Assembly: GCA_963778115.1 (NCBI GenBank)
Contig: CAVZSV010000004.1
Location: 352,001-416,000 of the forward strand
Length of the DNA stretch: 64,000 bases
Reading direction: 5' to 3'
From: an uncultured delta proteobacterium
GTDB lineage: Bacteria > Bdellovibrionota > FAC87 > UBA2466
The position numbers and the translations under genes were made by a program. Positions 19,216 through 30,272 of the stretch are shown in pieces. Numbering within the stretch: position 1 is the first letter of the stretch; the number at the start of each line of letters is the position of its first letter. The notes under the pieces were generated by a model, which was not told the DNA's origin, ran no database searches, and saw only the letters and a list, made by a program, of their open reading frames with translations.

Positions 19216-19968
19216 TTATTTTACCAAGGTTTGCACAGTGATACGAGAACCCAGGGCCTTAAGAACTAAGTCCATGGTAATGGGATGTGTTTGCTCCTCG
19301 GCCTTAAGTTCTTTCCTCTCAGCCTCATCTGCACCATAGAGTTTTTTCATGAAGTAACCACAATAAAGCGAGGCCGAGGTTGTATCTTCGAGCTCAATGG
19401 ACTTCTGCTGATAGATCAAGGTACGATCGCGTATTCCGTCAGGGATTCTGCCCAACGAGAAACCGGATTCGATACTTATGATTCTATCTTTTTCCAAAGT
19501 AGTGCTCTTCGAGTATTCCGCCTTTACTTTGACATAATCGATGTCCTTAAAAGCGGTATTCGCGGGATATGGCGGATATCGTTTTTGCCCGATCGCGCAG
19601 AAGACTTTATAAGGCTGCTTTGCCACTGAATTAATGTCGTAGCTCACGTCCCCATCGATAAAGATAGCTTGGTGAGAAAAACGGACGTCTTCCGAAGAAC
19701 GTTCATTAGTTGCTAGCTTAAACCGGACTGTAATGGCGAAAGCACCGCTAGCATCCGCGTTGGTCAACTTAAGCTCAATGGGTTCGTGAACAATCATTCG
19801 GCTCTCAGAGGGAATAAACAAAAAAGGAAGGGATGGGTTTTGGATTGCCTCCCATTTTGCTTCCAGGGAAGCGTCAGGTTCGGGGAAACTCATATTTTCG
19901 GCGGCCCGCTTTTCACCGCAGCCAATAAGAACGATCAAAAAAAGAAGACCGAGTCCTAACGTCCTCAC
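19216..19968 (-). CDS. Lipoprotein, hypothetical
   Basis: GTG start with GGAG RBS; lipobox LIGC. Confidence 0.75.
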   Translation of the reverse strand: MRTLGLGLLFLIVLIGCGEKRAAENMSFPEPDASLEAKWEAIQNPSLPFLFIPSESRMIVHEPIELKLTNADASGAFAITVRFKLATNERSSEDVRFSHQAIFIDGDVSYDINSVAKQPYKVFCAIGQKRYPPYPANTAFKDIDYVKVKAEYSKSTTLEKDRIISIESGFSLGRIPDGIRDRTLIYQQKSIELEDTTSASLYCGYFMKKLYGADEAERKELKAEEQTHPITMDLVLKALGSRITVQTLVK

Positions 19969-20069
19969 CGCTTAACTCCCTGTAAGAAAAGGAGCAGATT
20001 ATAACGTTATGCAGATCTCAATTCAAGAGACGATATTTGTCACTCTGGTGAAGAGTAAGCTAAGAAAGA

Positions 20070-21764
20070 TTATTCTCGGAAAAAGCCAGCGTTTCGGAAC
20101 TGTTTTACAAACCAGTAGCCGTCAGTAGGCAATAGTATGGGGGTATCCTTTGGTGCAGGACATGGAGTAAATCCAGCATTCGTGAACATGGTCGAACTCT
20201 GAAGTTTGTCAGACGTTTCGGCGTAGATCTTAGTATATCCAGTATCAGCGGCGAATCGTAAGACCCCGTCCAGAATAGACTCCCCTAACCCCACATTACG
20301 ATAACGACCTTCGAGGTAAACTTTTCGGATTTCGGCCGATTGATTGCCGAGCGGGGCAAGGGCTATGGAGCCTCGAATCTTGCCCTGTTTATCGCAAAAC
20401 ATAACTAGCCAACCGCCCTTACTCTGATATTCCCTTTCAATATCCTCAAAGTCGCGGTCTAGGCCTTCACCGATGACCAATCCCACACTTGCTCTTTGGG
20501 CCGTTACAAAGGCTTCTATGGCATTACTATCGGAGTTCACAGCGACTTTAACATGTAGTTCGTCGGGTAGATGACGCCTTATCTCGTCTTCGAGTCGATG
20601 GACGAGTTGCTCCGCTTTCAAACTAGGGGGACCGGTTCGCCCCTCCGAAAAGGCCTCCGCTTTTCTTTCGCTCTGCCACGGCTTTTCAAAAATTTGCATA
20701 TTGGCGATGCCGTAATAAACGGGAACCGCATCGCCTATCGGAACAAGCCCCACTTTTTCGCCTAACGTTCGCTGCTGTCCCTCAGTCAGAAAATCGGTCT
20801 GCAGTAAATTATGCATGTTCATCGCGGTAAGCATAGCCACATCAAGGGCAGTAAGTTCGTCATTATTCTGAAAGGCATTACGCAGGATAGTTCTAAGTAG
20901 AGAAATTGCATTTCTCGACGTTCCGGCATTGGGAACCGGATCAATCAGAACTAGGCGCCCACCGGGATTAATTCGATCGGCGATAATTCTTAGCGCTTGC
21001 TCTCGCTGCTGTGTCGGAATGGTAAACAGCGTGAGAACGACGGAAATTCCATCAAACCTTTGCCCGTCGAGCAACATCGGATCCGTGGCACTTCCTCTGA
21101 CCAATCCAAATCTTCCATAGTCTTGCCCCTTCGGTCCCGGTTGCAGCTCCTGGACTTTGTCGACTATAGAATTGATGACGGACATGCTACGACTGAGACT
21201 TCCTCCGGCTATGTCCAAGCCCCAAAGAAACGCCTTTGGATTATTGGCTATATTGGCGGCAAGAAGATTTCCGTTGCCGATCCCAACATCCATTAGCCTG
21301 GGATAGCTGCCCCCCAACAGAGCTGCTTTGGGGAGATTCGCCACCGCTTCCTGGATCATGGCCCTATGCCCGTCAGAGTGGGTCGCGACCGCATGGAAAC
21401 CAGTCATGAGATAAAGTGCCCAGCGCTGGGGGCTGCTTAAGGAGTTTAGGATTTGGTTCAGCGGAAGGTAGTACTCGGGAAGAAAGGCAAAGTGATCAAA
21501 AAGGTCCAAGACTTCAGCTTCGCTTTGGACCTTGTGAAACGGGTCAACTTTTAGCTGCCTTTCGATGGTTTGCAAACCTTGATGCCCAACCAGACACATG
21601 ACTTCGCTGATTCTACGCTGTCTATCCTCGCAGGCTATCTGATCGATCGCTTCCTTAGGAAGAAGTTGCGACATATTAGAGCAAAGAAAGGGCAAACAAT
21701 GACGACCCATCACGGGCTTCGCTGTGGTCAAACCCTGCATCAACTTGTGAACGACGTCCGGCAA
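20070..21764 (-). CDS. Class I SAM methyltransferase fused to GNAT acetyltransferase
   Basis: LMDVGIGNG, WGLDIA, INPGGRLVLID; C-terminal AEIRKVYL..RYRNVGLGESIL; start uncertain. Confidence 0.8.
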   Translation of the reverse strand: MPDVVHKLMQGLTTAKPVMGRHCLPFLCSNMSQLLPKEAIDQIACEDRQRRISEVMCLVGHQGLQTIERQLKVDPFHKVQSEAEVLDLFDHFAFLPEYYLPLNQILNSLSSPQRWALYLMTGFHAVATHSDGHRAMIQEAVANLPKAALLGGSYPRLMDVGIGNGNLLAANIANNPKAFLWGLDIAGGSLSRSMSVINSIVDKVQELQPGPKGQDYGRFGLVRGSATDPMLLDGQRFDGISVVLTLFTIPTQQREQALRIIADRINPGGRLVLIDPVPNAGTSRNAISLLRTILRNAFQNNDELTALDVAMLTAMNMHNLLQTDFLTEGQQRTLGEKVGLVPIGDAVPVYYGIANMQIFEKPWQSERKAEAFSEGRTGPPSLKAEQLVHRLEDEIRRHLPDELHVKVAVNSDSNAIEAFVTAQRASVGLVIGEGLDRDFEDIEREYQSKGGWLVMFCDKQGKIRGSIALAPLGNQSAEIRKVYLEGRYRNVGLGESILDGVLRFAADTGYTKIYAETSDKLQSSTMFTNAGFTPCPAPKDTPILLPTDGYWFVKQFRNAGFFRE

Positions 21765-21964
21765 AGATCCCCCGCTGGCTATATGCCGAAGATGGCAGAC
21801 TGCAATACTTGATCCACGAGGCTAAGGCGCGGCCGCTTCATCAGAGGCGTACAAGAATCAGACAGTGCAACAATTTTCGGCCAGCAAAGACCGACTAATA
21901 AGTCTTGCTGCACAAAAACTGCGGATTGAACAAAGCGGAAAGGAAGTAGATACCCTTTCTTGGG

Positions 21965-22726
21965 CTAATTCTTCAATCGATATCCCGTCCTGAAAATCAT
22001 CGCGATGCAACCCATACACGCAATCATAAAAACCAGTGTCATGGTGAGGCTAATCCCAACTTCTATATCGGCCGTGCTATGAAAGCTCCAGCGAAAGCCG
22101 CTGACTAGATAAACCACCGGATTAAATAAGGTCACCTTCTGCCAAAAAGGCGGCAGCATATTAATGGAGTAAAAGCTCCCACCTAAAAACGTAAGTGGGG
22201 TAATTACCATTAAAGGAATGATCTGCAACTTGTCGAACCCATCCGCCCAGACGCCGATGATAAAGCCGAACATGCTAAAAGTTACCGACGTCAGCACCAG
22301 AAAAACGACCATCCAAAATGGATTATCGACAGTATAGGGAACAAATAATCGAGCCGTTATTAAGATAACCGCTCCGATGATAATTGACTTTGAGGCCGCC
22401 GCCCCCACATAGCCGATGACTATCTCCACCGAAGAGATCGGGGCGGAAAGAATTTCGTAAATCGTCCCTACAAATCGAGGCATGTAGATTCCAAAAGAGG
22501 CGTTGGAAACGCTTTGACTTAAGATTGAAAGCATCGTGAGCCCGGGAACGATGAATGCGCCGTAAGAGACTCCATTGATATCCGCCATGTGAGATCCGAT
22601 GGCGGATCCAAAAACCACAAAATAAAGGGCGGTCGATACCACGGGAGAGATCAAACTCTGAATAGAGCTCCGAAAAAATCTTTTCATCTCCTGCAGGTAT
22701 AGCGCACGAATCGCGTAAATATTCAT
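21965..22726 (-). CDS. ABC-2 transporter permease (YadH-like)
   Basis: [34 protein letters not shown]. Confidence 0.92.
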   Translation of the reverse strand: MNIYAIRALYLQEMKRFFRSSIQSLISPVVSTALYFVVFGSAIGSHMADINGVSYGAFIVPGLTMLSILSQSVSNASFGIYMPRFVGTIYEILSAPISSVEIVIGYVGAAASKSIIIGAVILITARLFVPYTVDNPFWMVVFLVLTSVTFSMFGFIIGVWADGFDKLQIIPLMVITPLTFLGGSFYSINMLPPFWQKVTLFNPVVYLVSGFRWSFHSTADIEVGISLTMTLVFMIACMGCIAMIFRTGYRLKN

Positions 22727-23676
22727 ACGTCTCCCCCGACCAAACCTACAAAAATCTCTTCCAGAGAGCTCTCCGTTGTATTTAGGTCATTGAAAGTGAC
22801 TCCACTCTCCAAAACTCTTTTCATAAGATCGTTAAGATTAGAATTCTTAGATCTCGTATCAAAGATGTGTATCAGCTGCATTCCGTCTTCTGACAGGGTG
22901 AGATGGTCGCTCGTGAGTGCTACAGGGATTTGCGTAAGTCTCTTACTTAGGTTAAACGTCAGTTGCTTCTTCCCCAGTTTCCGCAGTAGTTCCGCTTTTT
23001 CTTCAACGACGATAAGTTTCCCTTTATGAATAACCCCGATGCGATCCGCCATTTCTTCCGCTTCTTCAATGTAATGGGTCGTCAAAATAATCGTAACCCC
23101 GCTCGTTCTTAGTTCATGAACGAGCTGCCACATATCTCGGCGCAGAGAGACGTCAACCCCGGCGGTGGGTTCGTCCAGGAACAGAACGATAGGTTCGTGG
23201 ACTAAAGCTTTGGCTATCATCACCCGGCGTTTCATCCCGCCGGACAGCGTTCTAATACGCGAGTCTTTCTTATCCCAGAGCGATAGATCTTTGAGAACGC
23301 GTTCTACGAATGACGCATTGGAAGCCATTCCAAAAAGTCCGCGACTTAGCGATACGGTATCCCAGACCGTTTCAAAGGCGTCGGTGCTCAACTCCTGAGG
23401 AACGAGACCAATTTTTTTTCGAGCCAATCGGTAGTCTTTGATGATGTCATGACCATCCACGTTCACTTTGCCTGAACTCGGATTTACTACACCACAGATA
23501 ATACTTATGAGGGTTGTTTTCCCGGCGCCATTGGGGCCAAGTAGCGCAAAAATTTCCCCTCGACGCACGCGTAAATTAATATCATCCAGCGCTTTAAAGC
23601 CTGTCTGGTAAGTCTTATAGAGGCCGTCGATCGCTATCATAGTGTCGGAATTTACGTCCATTTGAGCTGCCCTCAA
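22723..23676 (-). CDS. ABC transporter ATP-binding protein (YadG-like)
   Basis: [22 protein letters not shown]. Confidence 0.95.
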   Translation of the reverse strand: MRAAQMDVNSDTMIAIDGLYKTYQTGFKALDDINLRVRRGEIFALLGPNGAGKTTLISIICGVVNPSSGKVNVDGHDIIKDYRLARKKIGLVPQELSTDAFETVWDTVSLSRGLFGMASNASFVERVLKDLSLWDKKDSRIRTLSGGMKRRVMIAKALVHEPIVLFLDEPTAGVDVSLRRDMWQLVHELRTSGVTIILTTHYIEEAEEMADRIGVIHKGKLIVVEEKAELLRKLGKKQLTFNLSKRLTQIPVALTSDHLTLSEDGMQLIHIFDTRSKNSNLNDLMKRVLESGVTFNDLNTTESSLEEIFVGLVGGDV

Positions 23677-23679
23677 GCT

Positions 23680-26322
23680 TTACCCCGTGTTTCTAAGCCC
23701 TGCAGCGATCCCGTTGACGGTCCTTAGGAAAATATCCAGATACTCCGAATCTTCGGGGGTCTTGCGAAGTTGGGCCAACACTTCTGCCTGTATCAGATGA
23801 ATGGGATCTATATACGGATTTCGCAACTCGATAGATCTCTGAAGGACGGGATTGCCGTCGAGAATATGCGCATGGCAGGTAATACGCGAGATGAGGCTAC
23901 GCACCTGAGCCAGCTCAGCGAAAAGTTTTTCTCCTAAAGGGAGGAGCTCTTTTGCCACCAAGCGATTTTCGTATTGGTGGGCGATCATAGGATCGGTCTT
24001 TGCCACAACCATTTCCAACAGATCAATCGTCGAACTAAAGAACGGCCATTGCTGATACATCGCCTCAAGCCAACCGCATGCGCCCTTGGCTACCGCATGA
24101 GCGATCGCGGGGGCAACTCCGAGCCAAGAGGGAAGAAGCATCCGAGTCTGAGTCCAAGCGAACATCCAAGGAATCGCGCGTAGCGTCTCAATGCCTCCTC
24201 CACTTTTACGTCGTGCGGGTCTGCTACCGATGTTGAGGTAGGAGAGTTCATTAACCGGCGTGAATTCGCGAAAGTATTCTATAAACGAGGCGTCGTCGCG
24301 GATCGTCGATTCGAACGCTTCCATCGAATCGTGGGAAATTTGATCCATAAGGGTGCGCCACTCGGGCAGCGGTTCATGGGGGGGGCGCAATGTACTTTCC
24401 AGAGTTGCTGTCGTAAAGAGTTCTAAAGAACGAGTTCCAATCTCCATAAATCCAAACTTTGTCTGGATCACCTCTCCTTGCACGGTAACCCGAAGTGCTC
24501 CTTGAATGGAGCCCGGTGGCTGAGACGCTATCGCAAGATACGTCGGACCTCCGCCCCGTCCGACGGTTCCTCCCCTTCCGTGAAAGAGTGTTAAATGAAT
24601 GTCCCACTGTTTGGCGACACGAACGAGATTTTCCTGGGCTCGATAAAGCTCCCAAGCCGAAGCTAGCCTTCCGCCATCTTTGGCGGAATCGGAATATCCT
24701 ACCATCACCTCCTGTCTTCGATGAATGCGAGAACGATAGGAGGTAAGCGAAAAGAGGCGCTCCATCACCACATGACTTTGCTGAAGGTAAGCGATCTTTT
24801 CAAATAAGGGGACAACCCGAAGCCTATGGCGACATCCTGTCATGCTAAATAAAAATTCGACCGCAAGAACGTCTGACGCCTCACTTGCCATGGATATGAT
24901 GTAAGCCCCAAAGGAATCCAGCGGTAACGAATCAATTTGGGCAAAGACACCCAGCACGTCATGAAGGCTTGAGTCTTGCAAAAACTCGAGCGGAAAACGA
25001 GAGGGCGAATCAATGTGCGCTTCAAGGAAACTAACCCTTTTTGCTTCATCCCATTCGGAATAGTTGCCGAGGCCGTTCCTATGAGTCCACTGCGAGATGA
25101 CCTCGGAGTGCCTGGCCGCTTCTTGTCTAATGTCTAGGTGTAACAACTCTAGCCCAAAGCAATAGTAGCGGCGAATCAGATCTAGTAATCTTCCTTCAGC
25201 AATCGTTACAGCCCCTGTCTCTCTCAACGATCGATCACAAAGCATTAAAGCTTTTCCAAGTTCAGAGCCATTAGTCATGATCCCAGTGTCATCGAAAGGC
25301 TTCTGGTAAAAGCGGGAGTCGTAATAGTTCATCGTCTTTATCAGACAATCTCTAACCGGTCGTAAGAAAGCCCGGTACGGCTCGTGGGCGTTGCCTACAA
25401 AGGCACGGAGTTCATCACTTGCCGTGGTCATCGAAAGGTCTTCGATTAGATGATCAATCTCTTGGCTAAACAACCGGGCTGCCATCCAACGATTGAGGTA
25501 AACCACTTGACGAGTGATCTCGGGAGTGACATTCGGGTTACCATCCCGATCCCCGCCCATCCAAGAGGCCAGACGAATGGGAGTTCCGTCCACGGGCAAA
25601 TCTCGGCCGGTGTGCTTTTTCAGCGCGTCTGTAAGCCGCCGCAGATACCAAGGCATCGACTGCCAGATGGTCTGCTCGATTACCGTTAGCCCACCCCGTG
25701 CTTCGTCGATAGGATTGGGATGAATCCTTCGAATTTCATCGGTGAGCCAACAAGCGAGGATCTCCCGCTTTAGACTTCTCCCGTTTTCCGCAAGTTCGTT
25801 AACGTCTAGACAGCTGCGGTCCCGCTCATTCAATAGGGACGCAATTTTTTGATACTTCTGAAATAACGTGCGTCGTATCACTTCAGTGGGGTGTGCCGTT
25901 AGGACTAGCTCAATCTCAAGCTCGCAGGTTGCCTTGGCGACCGTTTCAGCCGAAATACCCTGCTTAATTAGACGCCCCAATGCTTCGTCGCAAGAGCCTG
26001 GTTGAGGGAGCGAATTCTCTTGCCTAAGATATTCATGGCTACGACGGATCCGGTGGTACTGCTCCGCGATATTAGTGAAGTTGAGAAAGAAAGAAAAAGC
26101 ACGAGTCAGGTTTTTAAGCTCGGTTTTAGAAAGCGAGGAGAGGATGGTGGCTAGACGCTTATCGTCTTTGGTGCCTTCCAATCTCTTCTTTTTGGCGATA
26201 GCTCTAACCTCCTCTACCGTATCAAAGAGCTTTTTCCCCTCCTGCTCCTTAATCACCTCACCTAGAAGGTTTCCCAGTAAACGAACGTCTTCCCGTAAAG
26301 GCGCATGGACATCACTTGGCAT
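23680..26322 (-). CDS. ppc: Phosphoenolpyruvate carboxylase
   Basis: VLTAHPTE, WMGGDRDGNP, GYSDSAKDGG, FHGRGGTVGRGG, LRAIPW, GLRNTG. Confidence 0.98.
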   Translation of the reverse strand: MPSDVHAPLREDVRLLGNLLGEVIKEQEGKKLFDTVEEVRAIAKKKRLEGTKDDKRLATILSSLSKTELKNLTRAFSFFLNFTNIAEQYHRIRRSHEYLRQENSLPQPGSCDEALGRLIKQGISAETVAKATCELEIELVLTAHPTEVIRRTLFQKYQKIASLLNERDRSCLDVNELAENGRSLKREILACWLTDEIRRIHPNPIDEARGGLTVIEQTIWQSMPWYLRRLTDALKKHTGRDLPVDGTPIRLASWMGGDRDGNPNVTPEITRQVVYLNRWMAARLFSQEIDHLIEDLSMTTASDELRAFVGNAHEPYRAFLRPVRDCLIKTMNYYDSRFYQKPFDDTGIMTNGSELGKALMLCDRSLRETGAVTIAEGRLLDLIRRYYCFGLELLHLDIRQEAARHSEVISQWTHRNGLGNYSEWDEAKRVSFLEAHIDSPSRFPLEFLQDSSLHDVLGVFAQIDSLPLDSFGAYIISMASEASDVLAVEFLFSMTGCRHRLRVVPLFEKIAYLQQSHVVMERLFSLTSYRSRIHRRQEVMVGYSDSAKDGGRLASAWELYRAQENLVRVAKQWDIHLTLFHGRGGTVGRGGGPTYLAIASQPPGSIQGALRVTVQGEVIQTKFGFMEIGTRSLELFTTATLESTLRPPHEPLPEWRTLMDQISHDSMEAFESTIRDDASFIEYFREFTPVNELSYLNIGSRPARRKSGGGIETLRAIPWMFAWTQTRMLLPSWLGVAPAIAHAVAKGACGWLEAMYQQWPFFSSTIDLLEMVVAKTDPMIAHQYENRLVAKELLPLGEKLFAELAQVRSLISRITCHAHILDGNPVLQRSIELRNPYIDPIHLIQAEVLAQLRKTPEDSEYLDIFLRTVNGIAAGLRNTG

Positions 26323-26670
26323 AACGCCAAAATATATCCGGGAGGGACGAATTCCAACTCAAAACCTCCTTTAGGGGGGTAAAGCTTCTCGCCCGCAAAG
26401 CCTTAAGGCGTTTTCGGCTCCTGGTACCGAGCAAAAGATCCCGTCTTCAAATTTTCTATAAACTCCTGCGGGACTCCGTGAGGTCTAGCGGCACGCAGAT
26501 ACCTTTCGTATACGTCCCTTCGATCACTGTCGGAACTTTAAATCGCGTAGAGATAAGCAACTCATCATGCTTACTCCCAAGCGATCAATCCTTAGTCTTG
26601 CCTACTCTTGGAGAGCTAGTTTCCCCCGTCTTTGCGCGTATGGTATGAGAGAAATGAGGGGGAGCAACAG

Positions 26671-27339
26671 ATGTCATCCATTGGTCGCTTATCGATTTTG
26701 CTGTTAATTTTCGGGTATTGGGGAATCGCCCATGCGGACTCCCCGGTTCTTAGTGAAGCGTTACGTATTATGGAAACTCTCCACAGCACTTCGTATACTC
26801 ACCAACCCCAAATAGACGAAGCGCAGGGAATCTTCGAATTAGATTGCTCTGCATTTGCCACTTACGTACTCTCCCGCAGCGAACCTCGCTCTTACGCCGA
26901 GCTAATGGCAGCATCATCCGAGAAAGGCCGGCCTCTGGCCAAGGATTTCGTCTCCTTTTTCAAGAATCGCAACTCAGACGATCCGCAATCATTGTGGCTT
27001 CAGATTGTCCACATAGCTAATCTCAAACCAGGGGATCTTATTGCCTGGCTCATACCGCCCGGAAGCACTTCGAAGGACACCGGGCATGTGATGATCGTAA
27101 GGGAAGTTCCCACGGAAAATCCCCAGAATGCTAACGAATGGTTGGTCGCCGTCGTGGATTCCGCGGTGAGCGGGCACGGCTCCTTAGATCCACGACGAAC
27201 GAGTGGACCCAATGGAGTGGGCAGCGGGACCATTGGTCTGATCGCAAATGAAAAAGGATATCCCGTGGCGTTCCGCTGGGCGGGAGGACAAAGTCCAAAG
27301 ACGAAGTATACCGACATCCGGATGGCGCGCGTGAAGTAG
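26671..27339 (+). CDS. Secreted NlpC/P60-like cysteine hydrolase
   Basis: Signal peptide; LDCSAF, KPGDLIAW, TGHVMIV. Confidence 0.7.
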   Translation: MSSIGRLSILLLIFGYWGIAHADSPVLSEALRIMETLHSTSYTHQPQIDEAQGIFELDCSAFATYVLSRSEPRSYAELMAASSEKGRPLAKDFVSFFKNRNSDDPQSLWLQIVHIANLKPGDLIAWLIPPGSTSKDTGHVMIVREVPTENPQNANEWLVAVVDSAVSGHGSLDPRRTSGPNGVGSGTIGLIANEKGYPVAFRWAGGQSPKTKYTDIRMARVK

Positions 27340-27414
27340 ACCGAACGACAGCACATTTTTGTGAGAACGTGCCGTCGTCGGGTTACCTCTGATTATCTTA
27401 ATTCACTCACTTGC

Positions 27415-27909
27415 CTAGTAATTATAGGTCGTCACCGTTTGAAAAAAGCCGTCGTGGTTCACCGATTGGCTGGCCACTTTGGTTCCCCCGCCGGGACAAC
27501 GACTAAGAATGTTAATATCGATTAGATCCTGATGCTTTTCCTGGTTGCGAATATTTTTTATATTCTGCTCAACGATCTCTTTCGGACCTTTGAAATACCA
27601 CTCGTTACAACTGCGAGACCGAAAGACATCAGACTTCACTTCGGTCTCCATCGCGATATGAGCCTCTGTGGTTTGATTGGATGAATCGTTTTCTGCAGAA
27701 GTTCCCGAGGGGACGGCTGAAGGCTGAGGTGTGGGATTGGAAGCCGCCGCCGGAGGGGCGATGGGTGGACTCGCGGCTTCTAGGCCATTACCACTGGGAG
27801 GGTTTCCCCCTCCATTATCCGACGACGGATGGTTCTCTTCACCACAACCCACGATAAGAAATACCGTGAAAATAATAACCGCGAAATTTGCAACAATACC
27901 TTTTTTCAT
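27415..27909 (-). CDS. Lipoprotein with Pro/Ser-rich linker
   Basis: GGAG RBS, lipobox IVGC. Confidence 0.75.
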   Translation of the reverse strand: MKKGIVANFAVIIFTVFLIVGCGEENHPSSDNGGGNPPSGNGLEAASPPIAPPAAASNPTPQPSAVPSGTSAENDSSNQTTEAHIAMETEVKSDVFRSRSCNEWYFKGPKEIVEQNIKNIRNQEKHQDLIDINILSRCPGGGTKVASQSVNHDGFFQTVTTYNY

Positions 27910-28013
27910 ATTGGACTCCTCAACTAATTTTGGTTAAGTTCTCTACCGCCAAGGCCGGCGAAGATAGCGCACCAGAATCGGATCCACATTTGCTTTGAAG
28001 AAACAGGCACGGC

Positions 28014-28107
28014 AAAGTGGTTACTTTCTTCCCAGTAACCAACACGGCAATCCCAGTAACCACTTTGGTTACTTTTCCCTTGAGATTGAGACCGAAATCT
28101 GTATAAT
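28014..28107 (+). promoter_or_regulatory. Four GTAACC/GGTTAC boxes followed by a sigma-70-like promoter
   Basis: Boxes at 28019, 28035, 28056, 28067; TTGAGA(28080)-16 nt-TATAAT(28102). Confidence 0.55.
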
Positions 28108-28897
28108 GCGTCGCATTATGAATATTTCGGCCGCTTCAGTACTGAAGGAGGTCTACGCCCTGCGTTCGGCGCGAAGACCTTACTCCTTGCGCGCTTTTGC
28201 GCGGGATTTGGGATTGAGCCATTCTTACGTAAGTTTAGTGCTCAATAACAAAAAGTGTCTCCCCGTAGCAACCCTGCGATCGCTCGGTGACAAATTAGGG
28301 CTCGAAAGCCATCAGGTCTTGGAACTTGAAAAAAATGAGTCCCCTTCCAAAAGAAAGGCGAAAACCTTTTCTCAAATTGAATTAGATAAATTTCGGCTCA
28401 TGTGCCGGTGGTATTACGTCGCAATTTTGGAGCTTGTTCAGCTAAAAGGGTTTGCCCCCTCCACAAAAAATATAGCGGATTATCTGGATCTGGAAATGGA
28501 TGACGTAAGCGAAGCGCTATCCGCGATGAAAAGACTTGGCGTTATAAAGATCAGCGCTGGGAAGTGGACTTGTATTGAAGAGAAGCGATCAATAGTGGCT
28601 CCTACCTCGACGGAAGCCATACGGGCTTATCATCGGCAGATGGCGCTCTTGGCTCACGATGAATTGAGTAAGATCGATAGCCACCACTTTAAATGCCGCG
28701 ACATTACTGGCATGACAATGCCCATCAACCCGAAAAGAATTTCAGGTGCCAAACGAAAAATTGCGCGCTTTCGAAGGAGCCTTGAAGCCTATCTCACTCA
28801 AGGTGAATGTAGCGAAGTCTATCAATTTAATCTCCAGCTGTTCCCGCTTAAGGCAGCCGGGGGAAAGAGCAAACGCGAAAAGAGGAGCGGATGCTAA
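28106..28897 (+). CDS. TIGR02147/DUF4423-family HTH protein
   Basis: YSLRAFARDLGLS, WYYVAILEL, AIRAYHRQM, EVYQFNLQLFPL; start 28106 or 28118. Confidence 0.88.
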   Translation: MRRIMNISAASVLKEVYALRSARRPYSLRAFARDLGLSHSYVSLVLNNKKCLPVATLRSLGDKLGLESHQVLELEKNESPSKRKAKTFSQIELDKFRLMCRWYYVAILELVQLKGFAPSTKNIADYLDLEMDDVSEALSAMKRLGVIKISAGKWTCIEEKRSIVAPTSTEAIRAYHRQMALLAHDELSKIDSHHFKCRDITGMTMPINPKRISGAKRKIARFRRSLEAYLTQGECSEVYQFNLQLFPLKAAGGKSKREKRSGC

Positions 28898-30072
28898 AGA
28901 AAGGTTTACTCATTCTATGTCTATTACTTTCGTCTTGCGGCAAAATCTCGCCGACGGGCTCCTCTGGCAGCACCTTTGACACCAGCGGCAAAAATCAGAT
29001 CTCAACCGAAGTGGGCGCAGGAGGCAGTGGAGTCTATTGTCCAGGCAAAAATGGTGCTCGCCCCTATTTTGAAGTCTTGGATGTCTACGAAGCTCGAAAA
29101 CGGGGAATGGGTGTCGATCTCGGAGGTCCCAACCTCTCGGTGGATCAGAAACTGGATATCGCATTCGCCCGCCTGGCAAGGCTCTCTCCTTTGAGAGCGA
29201 AGAGATACCAAAAGCGAGCACACGAAATTCTCAAAGAGGCGTATTTCTTCCATTCAGGATATCTGCCCCACATCGGCGACGAAGATCCGGCCGACTTAGC
29301 GGCAGGCTGCAAACTTCTTCAAATCGCTACGCGCCGAAAACCCATTTTCGAAAATGATCCCGAATTTATCATCGACTGGAACCTTTTTAATCAGCTGGAT
29401 TCCGATAATCAGACTGTTCTTCTGGGACACGAAACTTCCTATGATGAAGCTGGAAACGATTATGGTCAAACGACCTCTCGAATGGCGAGAGGCTTTAATT
29501 CTCTGTATTTCTCTAAGAGAATAGAATCGATGACCATGAAGGATTTCTTCGCCTTCTTAGACAAGATCGGTTTTCTCAACACGGACGTGGGGGGAATCAC
29601 CGTACCAACCTGGTCGGCCGCCAGAGACGAACTCTGGGGGAGTAATTCCATGACGTTCGCCGAAGATGGCCACCTAGCTTCAATGTCCTGGATGGCCAAA
29701 GGAAAACCAGCCTTCGATTACTTTGGAACTTCTCTGCAAATCGCGGATTACAGTAATAGATCAAGCGCCACATTCTCGAAGGACGGACACCTTTCGCAAA
29801 TTGACGGTCAACTTAGCACCGTGAAAAACGAGGAAGAACTAAACGATCGAGGAAATTCCGTTCTCCTGGGGGTTGAAGCCCGTCGAGGCTTTTGGAGGAC
29901 CACTTTTTATGAAGACGGCCATTTCCATATGCTCTTGGTCGATGAAGGTTCCAAGCTCAAAGCCCTTAATTCCAACGAGCTAACGGTACTCGAGGAGCCC
30001 AAATGTGTGGTCTTTGACCCCGCCGGTTTCGTCGAAGCATTGAAGGACATTCATCAGTGCGCGGCACGGTGA
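28891..30072 (+). CDS. Lipoprotein, hypothetical
   Basis: Lipobox LSSC; TEVGAGGSGVYC; LGHE motif; start overlaps upstream stop. Confidence 0.8.
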   Translation: MLKKGLLILCLLLSSCGKISPTGSSGSTFDTSGKNQISTEVGAGGSGVYCPGKNGARPYFEVLDVYEARKRGMGVDLGGPNLSVDQKLDIAFARLARLSPLRAKRYQKRAHEILKEAYFFHSGYLPHIGDEDPADLAAGCKLLQIATRRKPIFENDPEFIIDWNLFNQLDSDNQTVLLGHETSYDEAGNDYGQTTSRMARGFNSLYFSKRIESMTMKDFFAFLDKIGFLNTDVGGITVPTWSAARDELWGSNSMTFAEDGHLASMSWMAKGKPAFDYFGTSLQIADYSNRSSATFSKDGHLSQIDGQLSTVKNEEELNDRGNSVLLGVEARRGFWRTTFYEDGHFHMLLVDEGSKLKALNSNELTVLEEPKCVVFDPAGFVEALKDIHQCAAR

Positions 30073-30272
30073 GTGAAACTGGGGATATGCCCGCGAGATT
30101 CCAGCTTTATCCTCAATCGTTTTAACAATCCAGTTAAGAAAAAATGCTAAAAACAATCAAATTTACTTGATCTTAACGCAACGCTTCATTATTTTGCGTC
30201 CTACTTTAGTTAACAAATGTGCTGAGGCCCCAAAGGCTAAGGCAAAAACCTGGTTAGGAAGAAGACCTTGTA

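Noticed and set aside
21765..21964. Frameshifted signal peptide upstream of the methyltransferase-GNAT gene
   Set aside because: Alternate frames give no convincing start or signal peptide
26323..26670. Possible riboswitch or ncRNA upstream of ppc
   Set aside because: No recognisable aptamer consensus or strong structure by eye
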